A DNA stretch of 64,000 nucleotides from Octopus sinensis (GCF_006345805.1 NC_042998.1:173538001-173602000); one strand, 5' to 3'. Shown: positions 28,348 through 42,857, counted from the stretch's first letter. Notes: generated by a model from the letters alone, not told the origin. A program made the numbers and translations.

Positions 28348-29099
28348 CAAGACGGACGTCATTCAGTTTCCGTCCACGAAATCCATTATCAAGTCTTCTT
28401 ACCACACAGCCACGCGTGTTTACATGTAAATTTCATGTTTACTTACAGTAATTTTAGTTTTTCCTCTTGATGTAAGAGAAAATATATTTCTTTTACTATT
28501 TTGTATCGTATTGCGTTTGTGTTTTTCCCCACTATGTATAATTCGTCATCCTAAGTCATTTTACCTCAAATATATGCAGACGTTCATACTAAAACATACA
28601 AAGCTAAAATGATTATGAATATACTTTCTATGACATTTCGTCTCTTACACACTTTGTTTTTGTTTTTCTCTTTCCCAGTCACACACGTACACATACCCGC
28701 GTCTAAAGCAAACCCATGCGCCCTGACCCTCTGTGCAACATAAACACAAATGTAAATGTGTCTGTGTGTATGTGTGCATGTATGTATCAAAATACTTTAA
28801 ATATTTCTATAAAATCAGACATGTTTGTTTTGGCTACATATCTCATGCAAACAACTAGTATAAATTCTTAATATTTGCAGCAAACTCAATCACGGATTTT
28901 ACTTTGCAGAATAGACAGAAAATCAATGTCGGAAAGAAAGTGACAGTCATACCGGTCCAACTTAAATATTAGGTATAAAAATAACAAATACATTGTAATA
29001 TTAAGAAATATTTAATAAGTTCACATGCCAATGAACTATTTAACAATTTTTCTCTTTTATTGAAGAATATCGTTTATATAGCTATAATTTGAGCTACAA

Positions 29100-29560
29100 C
29101 TCGGTGGGTTGAAGCCGGTTACGACATCATTGGACCACGTGATTACTTCAAAAATAGTTTTGGTGAACAGTTGCAGTGTTATTTTACCGCGGATATATGC
29201 AATAATTAAAATTTTTACGATGTATCTTCTATAAGACATATGCGCATTAGCAATTAACGTAGAAAACTATTTTGACATTTCATGTTGTGCTCCTGGTGTG
29301 TAACTTTATGCGGACAAGTAATTTCTTTGTGGAATTTGGTTGCCTTTTGCTTTGGATAATTTTGCGTTTGGAGAGTTTTTCGTTCTTGTGTCTTGCTTTA
29401 ACGATGGAAAGTTTTGAGAGATAATTTTGTATGTTTCTATACTTTGGGGTTCAGTTTGTGATATATTGTATTGATTTTGTCTTTGAGTGTCTATTACAGT
29501 AGTATTTTGTATTCAGTTATAAATTCATTTTACTGCCTTTCAAGTAGTATTTGTTTCAAT
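29100..29560 (-). pseudogene. Degenerate Penelope-like fragment (RT thumb/linker)
   Basis: Frameshifted translation YKIISQNFPSLKQD...KIIQSKRQPNSTKKLLVRIKL...TKTIFEVITW parallels the 19745-20419 ORF. Confidence 0.5.
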
Positions 29561-31086
29561 TCTTGGAACTTTTTTTTTTAACTTCGAATATAAAATTTTG
29601 TGACTGAACCTATACTTTGAGCTAGATTAAACAGTATATTTATTTCGGTATATATTTTAGTGGCACTATAAAAATAATATGTACTTTTAGAATTTGTCAG
29701 TTTCTATTGAATATCAATTTGTGTGATTTTATCTTTTATGGCGATTAAACAGTCCAGGATGAGTAGTTGATTTTTATAGTATTGCTTTGTGAACGATATA
29801 ATGTTGTTTGTGTTATTAATTGACGTTTTGAAATCATGAAATCACAGATATCACAGAATGCGACATTCATCAAAGCAACATTTCCTATTTGCCAAATAAA
29901 TTCACCAAGCTCTTCAGAGAAAAAATTGTGAGCAGTTCTGAACTGTTTATAGATGAAATAATAATAATAAATGTATATTTGTAAGAAAATATATATCACG
30001 CCAAAACAAATATTGTGATTTTTTTATTGCCAACACCATGTTTTTTTTTACCTATTTTTGAGCTATGACATCTGATATATCGACTAGTTTGATACTAAAT
30101 CTTATGTAAATATAAATAAATATAGATAAATAAAAATAAATATAAGTGTGTATGTATTTATGTATTTTTTAATCGCTCCAATAATCCTTACTAGACCAAT
30201 CACTTACCAGGCAAGGCTTTATTTTTTTTATAAGAATATGCAGATAAAACTGCCTACGTATCTGTTATAAAACTACACACCTATGTATTTAATGAACACA
30301 TGAGATTATTACGAAATAGAATTTGAAAAATGGGGAAAAAAATAATGTGTTGTTATCTAATTTCCTAGACACAAACAATTGTAAATATAACAGAATAACC
30401 AATAAAAACTTCTCCGCTATTTGTAAGATTGACAAATATTGCTAACATCACAGCAGGTTTCTTGAATAATGCAGATCATTTTCAGGAATTTTTTGAAAAT
30501 AAGATGATTTAAAATATTCTGTGTAAAACTGAAAATGTCAACTTCAGAAAGCTGAAATTGTCATACTGAAAACGTAAGGATTGTGAATATAACAAACAAA
30601 GAAACTTGAATGGCAAATGCCTGTATCGCTCCGTGACAAGAGCTAAATTAAAAGTGATTGAAGTATGTATGCGTGTTAGTTAAGTATTGTGATTCCCCTA
30701 CTAAGCTTCGTCTTATGGAAACGTTATTTTTTTTATTCACGAGAAATGCAGTTTTCTTGAGAGAACTACTATTTTATGATTGGCACCAGATTATCAGTGA
30801 CCAAGAAAAAAAAGGGGAATGAACAACTGCAAGCCAGCCGCCAGCACTGCCTCATTGTTTTTCGAATTGTACTATGTATTTCACCTTGTTTAAGAAGGTA
30901 GAGATTTTAAGATTTGACAGCTACTTCTGATAGGTCACTTAATTGAAAACATATTGTCCTTGTAAAAATAACAATCTTTTCATCTAAATTTAAATTTATT
31001 TCTGATCTATTTGTCTTATATCAATAATTTCTAATCTAGTAGGTGCTTTAATAGTTTAACAACAACATTTTCATATTTATATATAA

Positions 31087-31130
31087 CTAGCAGCATAGCC
31101 CGTCGTTGCCCGGGTATGTAAGAGCCCCTA
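31087..31130 (-). mobile_element. Helitron 3' terminus (5' end not located)
   Basis: Minus strand CCCGGGCAACGACGGGCTATGCTG-CTAG|T; same motif as 295-326. Confidence 0.7.
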
Positions 31131-32499
31131 GTAGGCAACGACTAATCCCAATCTAGTCCTTTCCCTCTAGGGAACGAAGGCGCCTGTGTAGGTTGCAATG
31201 TCTTCTCTTCACTCGAATACTTCTGTGTATATGAATGTTCCTAGCTGTCCCTTTGGGCAATAAAAATTTTGGTAGTTGGTAAGTTGTTCCGTAGTGCTAT
31301 TGTTCTAGTGTTGTGGTTGGCTTTAACACGATTTCGTTTAGAAGACATGTAAACGTTTTGCGGGTAAATAGTTGTATACAGAACGAAAACTTTGACACTT
31401 TATCTATATGTGGGACTTTCGATTTATTTTTTTTAAGAGCTTCTCTAAAAGTTATAGTTTTCCAATCGCGGTGTATTTCACTAATTGCCGATGGTGTACA
31501 TTTTATCCGTTCAGCAAATTTTGACATCATTGTTTACTGCAGATGTTATTCCAATATTTCTGACAACTGATTACACTAAGAAAAAATATAAGCAGCTGTT
31601 GACGATGGTAGACTCTGCAAATCAAGGACCTTGCGTCCACAATTAAACATAATTAGTCTGAGCTCAAACATGGTCGATGCCTCAGCAAATGTAATTATGT
31701 CAAAATTCTCAGCCATTAAAAAGAGAAGCCAGACTGTGCCCTGCAGGAGACTTAAACGGAAAGAAAAGATCGGGAAAGAAATAGAATTAAGGATTGGAGA
31801 AATATCTAAATTGAACGACTTTAATAATTAGAAGCATGTGAAAACTTATCATGTTCACATGCTTGTAATTAAATTAATTTTTTTTTTAAATACGTTCTAA
31901 TGATGAAACAATCAAGGAACAGCCCAAGCATAAAATACATGCAAAAGCCGAGCGTGTGAGTTGGTACGATAAACGAATCAAATTTTACAGCCAAAGTACA
32001 AAAAAATTCAGACACCTGTTGACACATTTTACTGAACGATAAGAATGGAAACAGTGTAAAAACAGGAGTTGTTTATATTATGTTGCATAATTTGACAAGT
32101 TCATTTTTAATTTCTTTCATTATGTTTCCAATCTCTTCATCATCGTCTTCTAGAAAATGGCCATTCTTTAGCATATTTGCATCAGCTTCACGTACATTAT
32201 CATTGATATTTTGGTATCTGATGACATCTCTCGTATTTACGCAGCTGCTGTTCCATATAATGCATCCATAACTAGCTTCTGTAGAGTAAACTGTTCTTTT
32301 TCGTTTAATCTTGAGTTTGTAAGTCTTTCTTTTCTCATAGTATTTCTTCAAACAATTGATATAGTATTGGGGTTCCGGGTATGTATATTTTCATATGCTA
32401 TAGATGTTTTCGGTATGATACCTATCCTGTTTTCCTTTGTTTTGCTTTTCTGTAAATATTACAAACAACAAGAAACATATCCTGTAATCCTCCCGAATT

Positions 32500-33686
32500 C
32501 GTGTAATTCATTTTTGTTTGGTATTATTAGGCTCCGATGGTCGACTTGAAGAGAACGAAGGAAAGGAGTTGTCATTCCAGGTAACCACCGTGATACTTAT
32601 TCTTCGAGATGTTTGTTCCAGTATCACAGTTTGGATGCAATCATTTGCGCGACGGCCGATGTGGCATGAGTTTTGTGTCGTTTGCATTACATTAGACTAT
32701 TCATTTTGTTCTTGCTGATATGGAGTATACTTTTAGTGAAATCATGCTAGTTTAGGTTACTTCGGTGTAGCTGCTTTGAAATTAAACACAAGTCCGAGCT
32801 CGCTCTATTACAGCATGTTTAAGTAGCTCTTCACCATTTCTAAGTCAGTGTTTATTCATATTTGCTTTCTAGCCAAACATACTTATATGCTCTCTGCCGC
32901 CAAACTTCTGCTTCTTGTATAGATTGACATTTGATTTCGGATCAAGCGCTCTATGCATCATTAACATGTTCCCATGTTTTTATCTAACAAATCTATTTAA
33001 TCTTTCGTCCGACTCACTATTCCAGCGGCAGCATCCGCCTACCTATTGATCGCATTTATTAAATTACCTGAGTTTGATTTAGACGTCGATATACGGTTTC
33101 ATTTCAATTATTTCAATAATTTCTTTTAAGGTATGATATTATCGATATCCATCGTCAACAGGTTCTAAAATTTATTCTCAAGACAAAACGATTCAAAAAA
33201 TGGGCTCTCTTCGTACTATTCCTTACTAAATTATTTGCGCATTTTGATACAGCAAACTCGGTTTCATCATTGCATCATACTATTATTGCTTTAACATGAA
33301 ATGATCACCTAATATATTTAAGTATCTTTAAGTCATCCACGAGCGCCTTTCTCTCTGTTTGTAAGATATTGACTCTTCTGAGTATTACAGTGATAGGTTT
33401 CAGCGTGTTCGTTTGTACATCAGACGAAATACAGATATTTCGACTTCTGACCTTGCGTTTCTTCCCTTCGCGATCGATGAAATAAGTACAAGTTGAGCAT
33501 TGTAATTCATTTGCCCTCTCCCACCAAATTTCATAATTTGTGCCTATAGTAGTTCTTTAATGAAAACTCAGTTATTTTGCTGCATATTATGGAAAGTGTC
33601 AACTGTCCACAGCCAGCAGACTAAGGTGACACCTGTTTACTGGTCATGCCCCAAGAACCCTACGAAGAATTCTTGCAGTTCCTTAG
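32500..33686 (-). pseudogene. Degenerate R4/Dong-type RT fragment plus a separate 3'-end stub
   Basis: Frameshifted motifs LKPITVILRR, VDDLKIL, FAVSKCA, INAINR, MHRALDPKSNV; the stub at ~33600-33686 reads GTARILRRVLGA* like the end of the REL domain. Confidence 0.6.
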
Positions 33687-33712
33687 ATTATTATTATTAT
33701 TATCATTATTAA

Positions 33713-33766
<54 letters not shown>

Positions 33767-33802
33767 CATTATTATCATTATTATTATTATTATTATTTTA
33801 TT
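33686..33802. repeat. (TTA)n microsatellite
   Basis: Near-pure TTA run forming the tail of the adjacent minus-strand element. Confidence 0.95.
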
Positions 33803-35992
33803 TTATGTTTGACTTTTGCTTTACATTTGCACAAGCTGGCTCCAAGTCTCACCCAGAGACCTCAAGAGACAACAAGCTGGAAGTTCGGGTTGATGTTATG
33901 CCTAGGGTGCCATATATTTGGTTTTGTACTTAGTGTTGTACTAGTGAGTGCCTAAAAAACCATACGAAAATTATGTTTGTTTTAAAACTTGAGATTTCAA
34001 AGAAAGCATTTTGCGTAGGATATGAGCAGTTCTCATGAGCACTATCTTTTGAATTTCTGCTATTTTGGGGTTTCTTGCTATCTTAGTTAGGTAGCAATCA
34101 GCCCCTTTTGCTATCATTCCCAGGGCACCTATGACAACAGGTATTGTTTTAGTCTTCAGGTTCCACATTTTGCTGATTTCTATTTCCAGATCTTTATATT
34201 TGCTCAGTTTGTGGTAGGTCTTGACAGACACGTTTATATCGATTGGGACAGTCATATCAATGAGAAGGCATGTTTCTTGTCTGAAGTCTTTTAGTATGAT
34301 ATCTGGCCTATTCGCGTCTATCATTCTGTCAGTTTGAATGGTGAAGTTCCAGAGGAGTGAGATATGGTCCTTTTCAAGCACTGGAGGTGGTTGTGTTCCC
34401 ACCAGTTTTTATCATGGGACAAGTCCAGGCTTCTGAAAATTACCCAGTGAATATATTGTGCAGCTCTATCATGCCTGTTGAGATACTCTGTAGGCGCAAG
34501 AACACTGCACCTGGAGACAACATGATCCATGGTTTTATTTTGTTGTTGACATACATGACATGTTGAGCTACTGCCGTTCTTTAATATGTTGGCCTGGTAG
34601 TTCCTCGTAGGTAGGCATTGATCTTGAGTTGTTATGATAAACCCTTCTGTTTCAGATTTTAAGCCACATGCCATTAGCCATTGATGGGTCAGGGCTTTGT
34701 CAACATCTGCATTGTTCACTCTCTTTGGGTATTTGCCATTGAAAGGTTTTTCTTGCCATTTATTATTCAGAATATCTAAGGTGGGACTTTTAGCACGGGT
34801 TTTAATGCGCTTAGCTTTTTCTGTGCTTGTTTCTTGTGTGTCTAATTCCGGAATTTGTTGTATTCGGAATTCACTTAGATATTCCTTTGCCTGTTTTGTT
34901 ACTGAGTATGATGCTTTCTTGTTTTCATATTTTAAGACAAGTTTTAACATGCAGTCCTCAGAGTTTATCAGGTAGGTGTCTAGGCCAATTGTAGCAACCT
35001 TCATTGTTATTGCCAGTTGCAAAAGCCCACGGCCTCCCTCTTTTTTTCGTAGATAAAGTCGATCTATACCTACCTTAGGGTGGTGCATTTTATGCATTGT
35101 CAACAGTTTTCGTATTCTGCTGTCAAGATTACATATTTCAGTAATTGACCAGTTAACGGTATTGAAACTGTAAGTCACGACTGGTAAGGCTAAAGCATTG
35201 ATCGCTTCGATCCTGATTCTTGCATTCAGCTCTGTCTTGTGTATTGCTCTTACTCTGCGATAACATTCTCTCCTGATCCTTTCCTTCATCATTGAATGTC
35301 TTATTCCATCCCCTTCAAGTACCCCTAGGTACTTGCAGCTCTCCGCTGGGTCTAATTCTTTTATGACATTCTGCTGGTCGAGGTAAACGTTATATGTTTC
35401 TGTCATTTTTTCCTTTGATAAAAGTAGCTTTTGCACATTTATCGAGGCCAAATGCATTCTGATGTAATCGCTGAATTGTTTAACAATCGTTAGTAAGCCC
35501 TTGAGTTGTTGGTCGTTTTTTGCAAAGAGCTTTAAATCATCCATGTAAATGAGATGATTTATAATTTTATCCAACATTTTATATCCGTACTGTGCGTCAT
35601 TGAGCAATTTTGAGAGAGGTATTAAGGCTAAACAAAAGAGGAGTGGTGACAGTGAGTCGCGCTGGAAAATGCCACAAGAAATTTTACATCACCAGCATTT
35701 AGAGATGTATCGTCACTGTTCAAAGTTAGTGTGGTTCCCCATGATCTCATACTTGCAGACAAAAAGTTTCGCAGAGTAGGCGCTATTTTGGACATCTCTA
35801 GGCATTTCTTTATCCAGCTATGTGGTAGGCTATCAAATGCCTTTTTATAGTCTATCCAGGCAATTGACAGGTTTTTGTGTCGTTTGTGACAATCTTCTAA
35901 GATCATCTTATTGATGAGTAGTTGATCTTTACAACCATAGGAACCACGTTTACATCTTTTCTGTTCATTAGGGAATATGCTGCTGTCTATTA
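33803..35992 (-). mobile_element. R4/Dong-clade non-LTR retrotransposon, 5'-truncated: RT plus restriction-enzyme-like endonuclease
   Basis: RT motifs [45 protein letters not shown]; CCHC-like C..C...H....C; REL motif RPDII.KD...CLLID..VP.D and KY.DL..EI..MW..KTIPVVIGALG. A few frameshifts; bounded by (AAT)n at both ends. Confidence 0.92.
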
Positions 35993-35993
35993 A

Positions 35994-36051
<58 letters not shown>

Positions 36052-36089
36052 TTGTTGTTGTTGTTATTATTATTATTGTTATTATTATG

Positions 36090-36125
<36 letters not shown>
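35993..36125. repeat. (AAT)n/(TTA)n microsatellite with strand switch
   Basis: AAT run, then TTG/TTA run. Confidence 0.95.
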
Positions 36126-36660
36126 GAGTGAGCGAGCAGAGCATGCCATCAAAGTGACACTGGGGTAAAATATACGAAGCCCAGTATACCCATCATGACT
36201 ACCTGTCTTATAAGGGTGCACTAGACACATGCATCACACCCATATATGCGCGACATGATTTCATATCAAGATAAACAGCACATGACCTTGCAGGTGGGGC
36301 CTAGTTAGAATTTTCTTCAGATTGAGTAGCCCACCCTGCTCAAAAGTTCCCTGAATAAGCGTTGTTTAAGGATGTTGAACAAAACATGTTTCCAAGGATG
36401 AATTATTCAAACCCCAAAGAATTCCTTTCAACACATGGCTATGATACTCCCCCACTATTTCTACTCGTGATCAGAGATGCACATATCGTTAGCCACCAAG
36501 AGATATGCTCGACTGGTCAAAGTCAAACAACTGAGAAACAAATCTGTGGTGTTGAGCAGAATATTTGCTGTAGCCCATCTTTTATACAAAGACAAAACAA
36601 TGTACATAACACTTCCAATCAGTTAAGATCAGAAACCATGAGTGCCACTACCTGGTATTA
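36126..36660 (-). mobile_element. Unclassified non-coding interspersed element ending at an (AAT)n tract
   Basis: Higher-GC block between trinucleotide tracts; its first ~30 bp (GAGAG.AG.GC.TGCCATCAAAG) recur at ~36728. Confidence 0.45.
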
Positions 36661-36786
36661 CTATTATCATCATCATCATCATTTTCATTATTTTACTTAT
36701 TATTATTATTATCGTTGTTGTTGTTGTTGAGAGAGTAGTGCTTGCCATCAAAGCGACGGGACTTCAAAGTCAATTACCTGGCACTT

Positions 36787-36900
36787 CCTACTACTACTAC
36801 TACTACTACTACAACTACTACTACTGCTGCTGCTGCTGCTACTACTGCTGATACTGTTACTGCTACTTCTACTACTACTGCTGCCACTACGACTACTACT
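36787..36900. repeat. (CTA)n/(CTG)n microsatellite
   Basis: Compound trinucleotide run. Confidence 0.93.
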
Positions 36901-38590
36901 AAATCAGACCCTCTATCCCGTATTAATTTGTCATTCTGAATGTTAAAATACCACATCTTATATTTATTACTTTCTATCGCTTTACTAGGATCATGTTCAC
37001 ACTATTTATTGTTATCCCTATGTTATCATTTCTTTTCCCGTATTTCTTATGTGCCAAATTATTATTTCCATAAACTATATGTATAATGCTTTCTTCTTTT
37101 GGCTTATGTAACCAACATCGTTAATCTACCTGAGTTTTGTCTATCTTGGCTTTTATCTAATTAGTCTTCAATGCATGGCCTTCTGTTGCTATTAATAAAC
37201 TTTGTTTCCTTCTTCAACCTTCCGTTCTCCAAACACAATCATGTCTCACTATTACTATTTTCTGCAACTATCTTTGGAAATCTAGCATGCAAAGGTTTCT
37301 TTTTTCGGTCAGATAATCTTACTTCCTTTGTTCTGTTTTTTAAGTTGTTTTTTTTTTCAACTACATTTGGCATTTTGGTTTCCGTATCTCCTACTGTTAA
37401 ACTAGCAGCTCTTAATGAAATGTCCTTACTGTTGCCTACATAGATGAGGATATAACTACTCCAGCAAATTCCACAGTTTTCTGCTGGTATTAAGCCCCTA
37501 CCATGTTCTCCTTGGGTAAATACAATCTTACTACTCTTGCTCTAGGATGAAGTCCTTCATTAATATTGGAGTCCTTCTTAATGTCTATATTTGATAATTC
37601 AGATTTTATCCAATGTGCAAAAGCTGCGAAATATTTAAGTATCGATATTACCCAAGTATTTACAGCCTTCACTAGATTCGGATCATTTAGCTTTGACTTC
37701 ATTAACTTTCGCATGCTTCTGATGAACATCTTCTAAATTTTCTCTTTCATTTCTATAGTTAGTACTCTGCAAGATTCTTATGCTCCTAGATACTTATAAC
37801 TTTCTCTTTCTTTCAGTGACTTTAACGTCTGGTTATCTGAATGCCTTCACGGTTGACTATCAGTCCCTTTTTTATGACTAATATTACGCACTTAACTATG
37901 ACAAATTCCATGCCTCTAACTTCCTTGAAGAGTATTACAGTTTGTATTAAAGGATCTATCTCTATTATATTCTTACAAAATGTCATCAGATCATCCATGC
38001 AGAGAATATGGTTAATTTTTCCCTTCACTATCTATAAATTGTCACCCTGCCTTTGTATTGCTTAATACTAAACTAAGGAAGAAGATATATAACACAAATA
38101 TTAAAGTGGATAAGAGACTTCCTGAAAATGTCCCCTCTTGATATTAACTCTCTCTGAGACTATCACCTGAGTAAACACCTACTTTCCATTTCGTCACTGG
38201 TTGCTTCTCACAAACTTCTTCTTACCTCACTTTCTTTAACCATGCTGCATTAACTGGTCTATCCCAAATATCATTCCAGAATTTTCTAGCTTATTTTGCA
38301 TTAAGCTCCTTATCTTCAGTTGTTTTTCTTTTTTTACACTATTTATTTGGTGATAAAATCTACTCTGCTCTGTCTCAAACGATCTGTTCTGTTTGTACTG
38401 ATCTATTCTTCTCTGTTATGTAGAAACTTTACCTACTATTGCTGTGATACGCTGCTTCAGCTGTTCCATGACTACTCGAAATCCTTTTCCTTTTTCTTTT
38501 CTGAAGAAAAGATTTAAATCTTGTGTTTCCTAACTAGCTTTCTTTCCAGGTTTCTATTCAACTCAGATCTTGTCTTAATGTGTTCACTTT
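36900..38590 (-). pseudogene. Degenerate R4/Dong-type copy (RT to start of REL)
   Basis: Motifs EQLKQRITA, FWNDIW, INHILCMDDL, KAVNTW, HPRARVVRLYLP, IKAKIDKTQ, WYFNIQND; many stops and an internal deletion. Confidence 0.8.
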
Positions 38591-39259
38591 ATTTTCTCAT
38601 CTCCTAATAACAGTTTACTTGTTAAATTAACATACAAATGGATGAGCTCTTCACATACATGCACCGAATCATCACCTTCACTATTCTCATCATTCTGTTA
38701 ACGGGTGCATATATTTGTCTCTGCCAGACAATAGACACATATGAAACGCTATTTTCTAGAGTATTTTTATAAGTGGCTTGTGGACATTCATCAAAAGAAT
38801 TCTTCGGATGCATTGCTATTCATAAAATCTCCCATAACCATGCTATAATCGACACTAACCCTAATAGCAATTGCAATTGATCTATACGCAGTATGAGACC
38901 TCTCCACGGAAAGAAGTTTTCAGTAACAATTATTATACTGCACTGCTAGAAATATGAATAGAACTTTACTATATATCGGCCTAATGCCAAAGTTTTCGAA
39001 AGATTTTATCACCATTTATTCAGAAATCTAGCCAAAATAATTTCAACATTCATATTTTCTCTTTTCTTTCCAAAGAACTCAAATACAGACTTTCACACTT
39101 TGTGAAAATATTTTGTCTTTGTTAACCTTTATATCGAAAATAATAGTTTGTTGCAATATTTACATTTTTCAAATATTTCAAACGACTAAAATATTTTCAC
39201 GTTGGCTATATTTTAGCTAGGACGTGGGCTGCACTCGTGCGAATACTTTTCTGTCGTTC

Positions 39260-40560
39260 TGGTAAATCTGGAGTTCCTGTTCCTGGTTCATAGTATTTAA
39301 GAGCGCCGTCTGCTATCCCCATAGCTCCAACGATCACAGGTAAAGCTGTCGTTCTTAGATACCACATTTGAGGCATCTATTTCAAGGTCCCTATATTTAC
39401 TTAATTAATTAATTGCTTTGTGACTTTTTTTATCACAATACTTGGTCTGTTGCCGGAATGGTTCGATCGGTTTGAATACTAAAGCCAAAATAAAAGTAAA
39501 CAGTGATATCATTATTTTCTACTACTTAGACCCACTAGTTCTCATATGGGATTCCAAACTGATGGCCTACGGTCCAGTGTAAATACTACCCAAGAACATC
39601 ATATTAATATTTATACGCATTTGAAGATAAAGTAGAGAAGCCACAGAGCAAGCGGTTTCTCTAATTGCACCACAAAATCGATAGGAGTCAGCAGCATTTT
39701 GATAATGTTCGCTTAGTAATATTTGTGGGCAGATACAGATCCTGAGCTGTTATAATGAGGCCCTATATTTGTGATTAAAGTCCAGACGCAGCCAGCCAGT
39801 GATGGGTTAAATATATGCATCAATATCATAGCCACTGGCTCTCATAGTCTAATCACCATATTATGATTTACTTTTCTATGTGATATGCAATTCTGAGATT
39901 CCATTTGATTTGGCTTCTGTTTTGATTTGTTTTGCGATCAATGTGGGTTTTGTTAAAAGTTTAGTCGCGCATCACTCTCCCTTACACATCTCTTTGCAGA
40001 CAAGCTTAAACATTCAGTGATTAGTGTTCTTTAGTATCAATCCTTATGGTTACATTTTTTTAGAAAAAGTTGCAGCTTCATCCTTTCGTGGGATCTATAG
40101 TCTGGCTACATCTGCCTTGGGTGATGCATGTGAGAAGGGTGCATATTTTTTTTATATCAAGTATACTTATCTTATTCACTAACCTTTTAATGGTATTCAG
40201 TAGTAGAGCACAAGATGCATAACCATGGTATTGATGGCATCAGTTCTGTTTGCATATAAAGTTTGCATTGTATAGCTTTAAATCTACGCTCTTTCCTTAT
40301 TTTCCTGTGCATTTACGGTTGTTAGTTGCCATGCCCCGTCACACGTCAAAATATTTGTAGTTTTCTTCGGGACTTAATTCCTTAATTTATGAAAGCCTTG
40401 ACTAGCAGTTTATTGTAGCGTTCCAAGACTTCTCTTTTAAAGACTGTTAAATTTCATTTCAATTTTTAATATCATTGTTATTATTGTTGCTGATGCTTTG
40501 TCATTATACTACGGTTTCTTGTAATCCAGATCTCTACCGCATTTCAGTCGTACAATTTAA
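39260..40560 (-). pseudogene. Degenerate R4/Dong-type copy (RT thumb to REL)
   Basis: IKELSPEENYKY, DAINTM, HHP.ADVARL, MWYLRTTALPVIVGAMG parallel the copy at 33803-35992. Confidence 0.65.
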
Positions 40561-41159
40561 GAATATACTAAACACTTATATAATTACACCAGTCCGTTGA
40601 TCGATAGTGATAATAACACTAGTCTGTTGGTCCTGCAGTTTTATGATATCTTTTGATATGCTTGTTGATTATTTTATAGCTTATGAACTTATGAATTTAT
40701 GGATTTTTTTAAATGAAATGTATATACATTCGTTTAAATATGCATATTTCATTATAACTTTATATTTTGTATTTTGCATTTCGGTTTATGTTTGAAGCCT
40801 ATAGATTTTTGCACTCGCTTTCTTTTCGAAGGCTTTATATAATAAGCTATAAAACACCCGCCAATGTTATTAATATTTTGTATCTACATCTGTCCTCGTA
40901 TATTTCTGGTAAATTTGTTCCAAACCTAATTAATTTTCTGCCCAATATTTTATTTAGGCAGCCAGAGCTATCTCTTCTTTATTATTAGCTAATGTTATTT
41001 ACCTTATCTTCTGAATTCGTTCTTTTATATTAACTGCTTAGAAATTTCTCCGGGCTTCATTTTTACTATACTTATACGAAAAGGTCTCAAAGTTTACTAT
41101 GAACAAAATTCTTCACGTTGCTTCGTGTAGAGAAAGCTTCCTCCGAAACTACATTGTTC

Positions 41160-41400
41160 AGTCCTGATGCCTAGCAGCTTGGCAATTGTATTCTACTGTA
41201 GCCTGAGGCCGACCAGAATCTTGTTAATGGATTTGGTAGATGGAAACTATAAGAAGCACATTGTATATGTGTGTGCGTGCGTATTTGTATGTCTCTGTGC
41301 GTGTGTTTGTCCCCCACCACTGCTTGACGATAGTTGTTGGTGTGTATACATCCCCGTAACATAGGGAGAGAATACGTACCAGCATGGCCGCAGTCTAGTG
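41160..41400 (+). mobile_element. SINE family A, degenerate
   Basis: CTTGGCAATTGTATTCTACTGTAGCC...GGATTTGGTAGATGGAAAC...CCCCCACCACTGCTTGAC matches 43065-43490. Confidence 0.6.
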
Positions 41401-42370
41401 GCTCAATTAAAATATTAAAAACTATCTCACTCCGTTGTATCTATTTTCCTTTCCTGCTACTCCTATTATTATTATCATTTTTGTCATTAAAATTCAATTT
41501 AGCTGTCATGTCTTTATTTGTTCGTTCCTAAGTAATGCACCTAAAATTTGCTACTGCATGTTGTTACAGTTTAATATCCTTCTTATTGTTGTACATAATA
41601 ACTACCTCCCGGTTATCTAATTATATTGTTATTTTCGAAGTCTTCTCTGTATTTCCAAACCATATTTATTTGAATGTTAAGTGTTCATTTTTTTTTCAAA
41701 GTTTAATCTCCTATTTATTATTCTACACCCAATGCAAATATATTTTCGAGATCATCTAAATCATACACTCGAATTTTGTTTTATTCGATAACCGATTACG
41801 ATTCCTAGTAAAAAAAATTATTGCACATTATTTCTAGTACTTCCATTCCTTTGTATGTAAGCTTGGTATAAATTTGCAAACTTATATTCGTCGACCGACC
41901 TTTCTCTGCCAAAGCTAGATTACTAAACCTCACCATAAATAACGTCACCCAAAAGAAATTAGTTTCGAATATCATTATTATTATCAATTTTCTTTGTCAT
42001 AATTATTTTCTTAGTTTTCACGTTGAAACAAGTATTTTTCTTGTCAATTTCTCACAGAGCTCACAAGATATCTGTCCGGATTTCAAATATTTATTCCGTA
42101 TGTATGTATGCGCGCGCGTGTGTGTGTGTATGCGCATGTGTGTGTGTACCTTTGTGTTTATATTTGAGTACCTCACGAACTGCGTGGCAACTGCTGTAGG
42201 TTACTTTAGGACCAGTAAACTAAGCAGTTTGACAGATGTTACTATGAACATTAGTCCGCAGCCTTTTATAAAGCCATTAATGGGATCGGTTTGTTCGACC
42301 AAACCCTCCAATCTGGTGCTCCAGAATGGCTGCAATACAATGACTGGAAGTTGTAAAAGAAATGCAAAGA

Positions 42371-42436
<66 letters not shown>

Positions 42437-42709
42437 GGAAAAACAAGTCAAGATAGAAAATGCTAAAAAAATTTTATAAAGAACATTTCAGTACCGGTTT
42501 CATATGTCGAGAATAAAGGAATTTTGTTAATTCGTCGTTCAACTCCACTCTTTCATTTATTTGTATAAAAAGAACACACAAATGTCCACACGAAAGCACG
42601 TGATCTCTGCCCTTGGCATGTAGCTTCAACCGTGTTTTTCTGACGTGAATTTGCTACCCAGGTATTGGTTAACCGAATTATCCATAATAAGATAATTCAT
42701 TCAACTACT

Positions 42710-42750
<41 letters not shown>

Positions 42751-42788
42751 TATATATTATATATGTATATATATATATATATATATAT

Positions 42789-42857
<69 letters not shown>

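Noticed and set aside
31200-31300. Possible Helitron helicase C-terminus (KIFI..KGTARNI..TEVFE*)
   Set aside because: Needs frameshifts, and upstream helicase motifs are absent.
38600-38900. VMGDF / NDENSEG motif suggesting an APE endonuclease upstream of a Dong-type RT (dual-endonuclease element)
   Set aside because: Only one short motif amid many stops; not enough to claim an APE domain.
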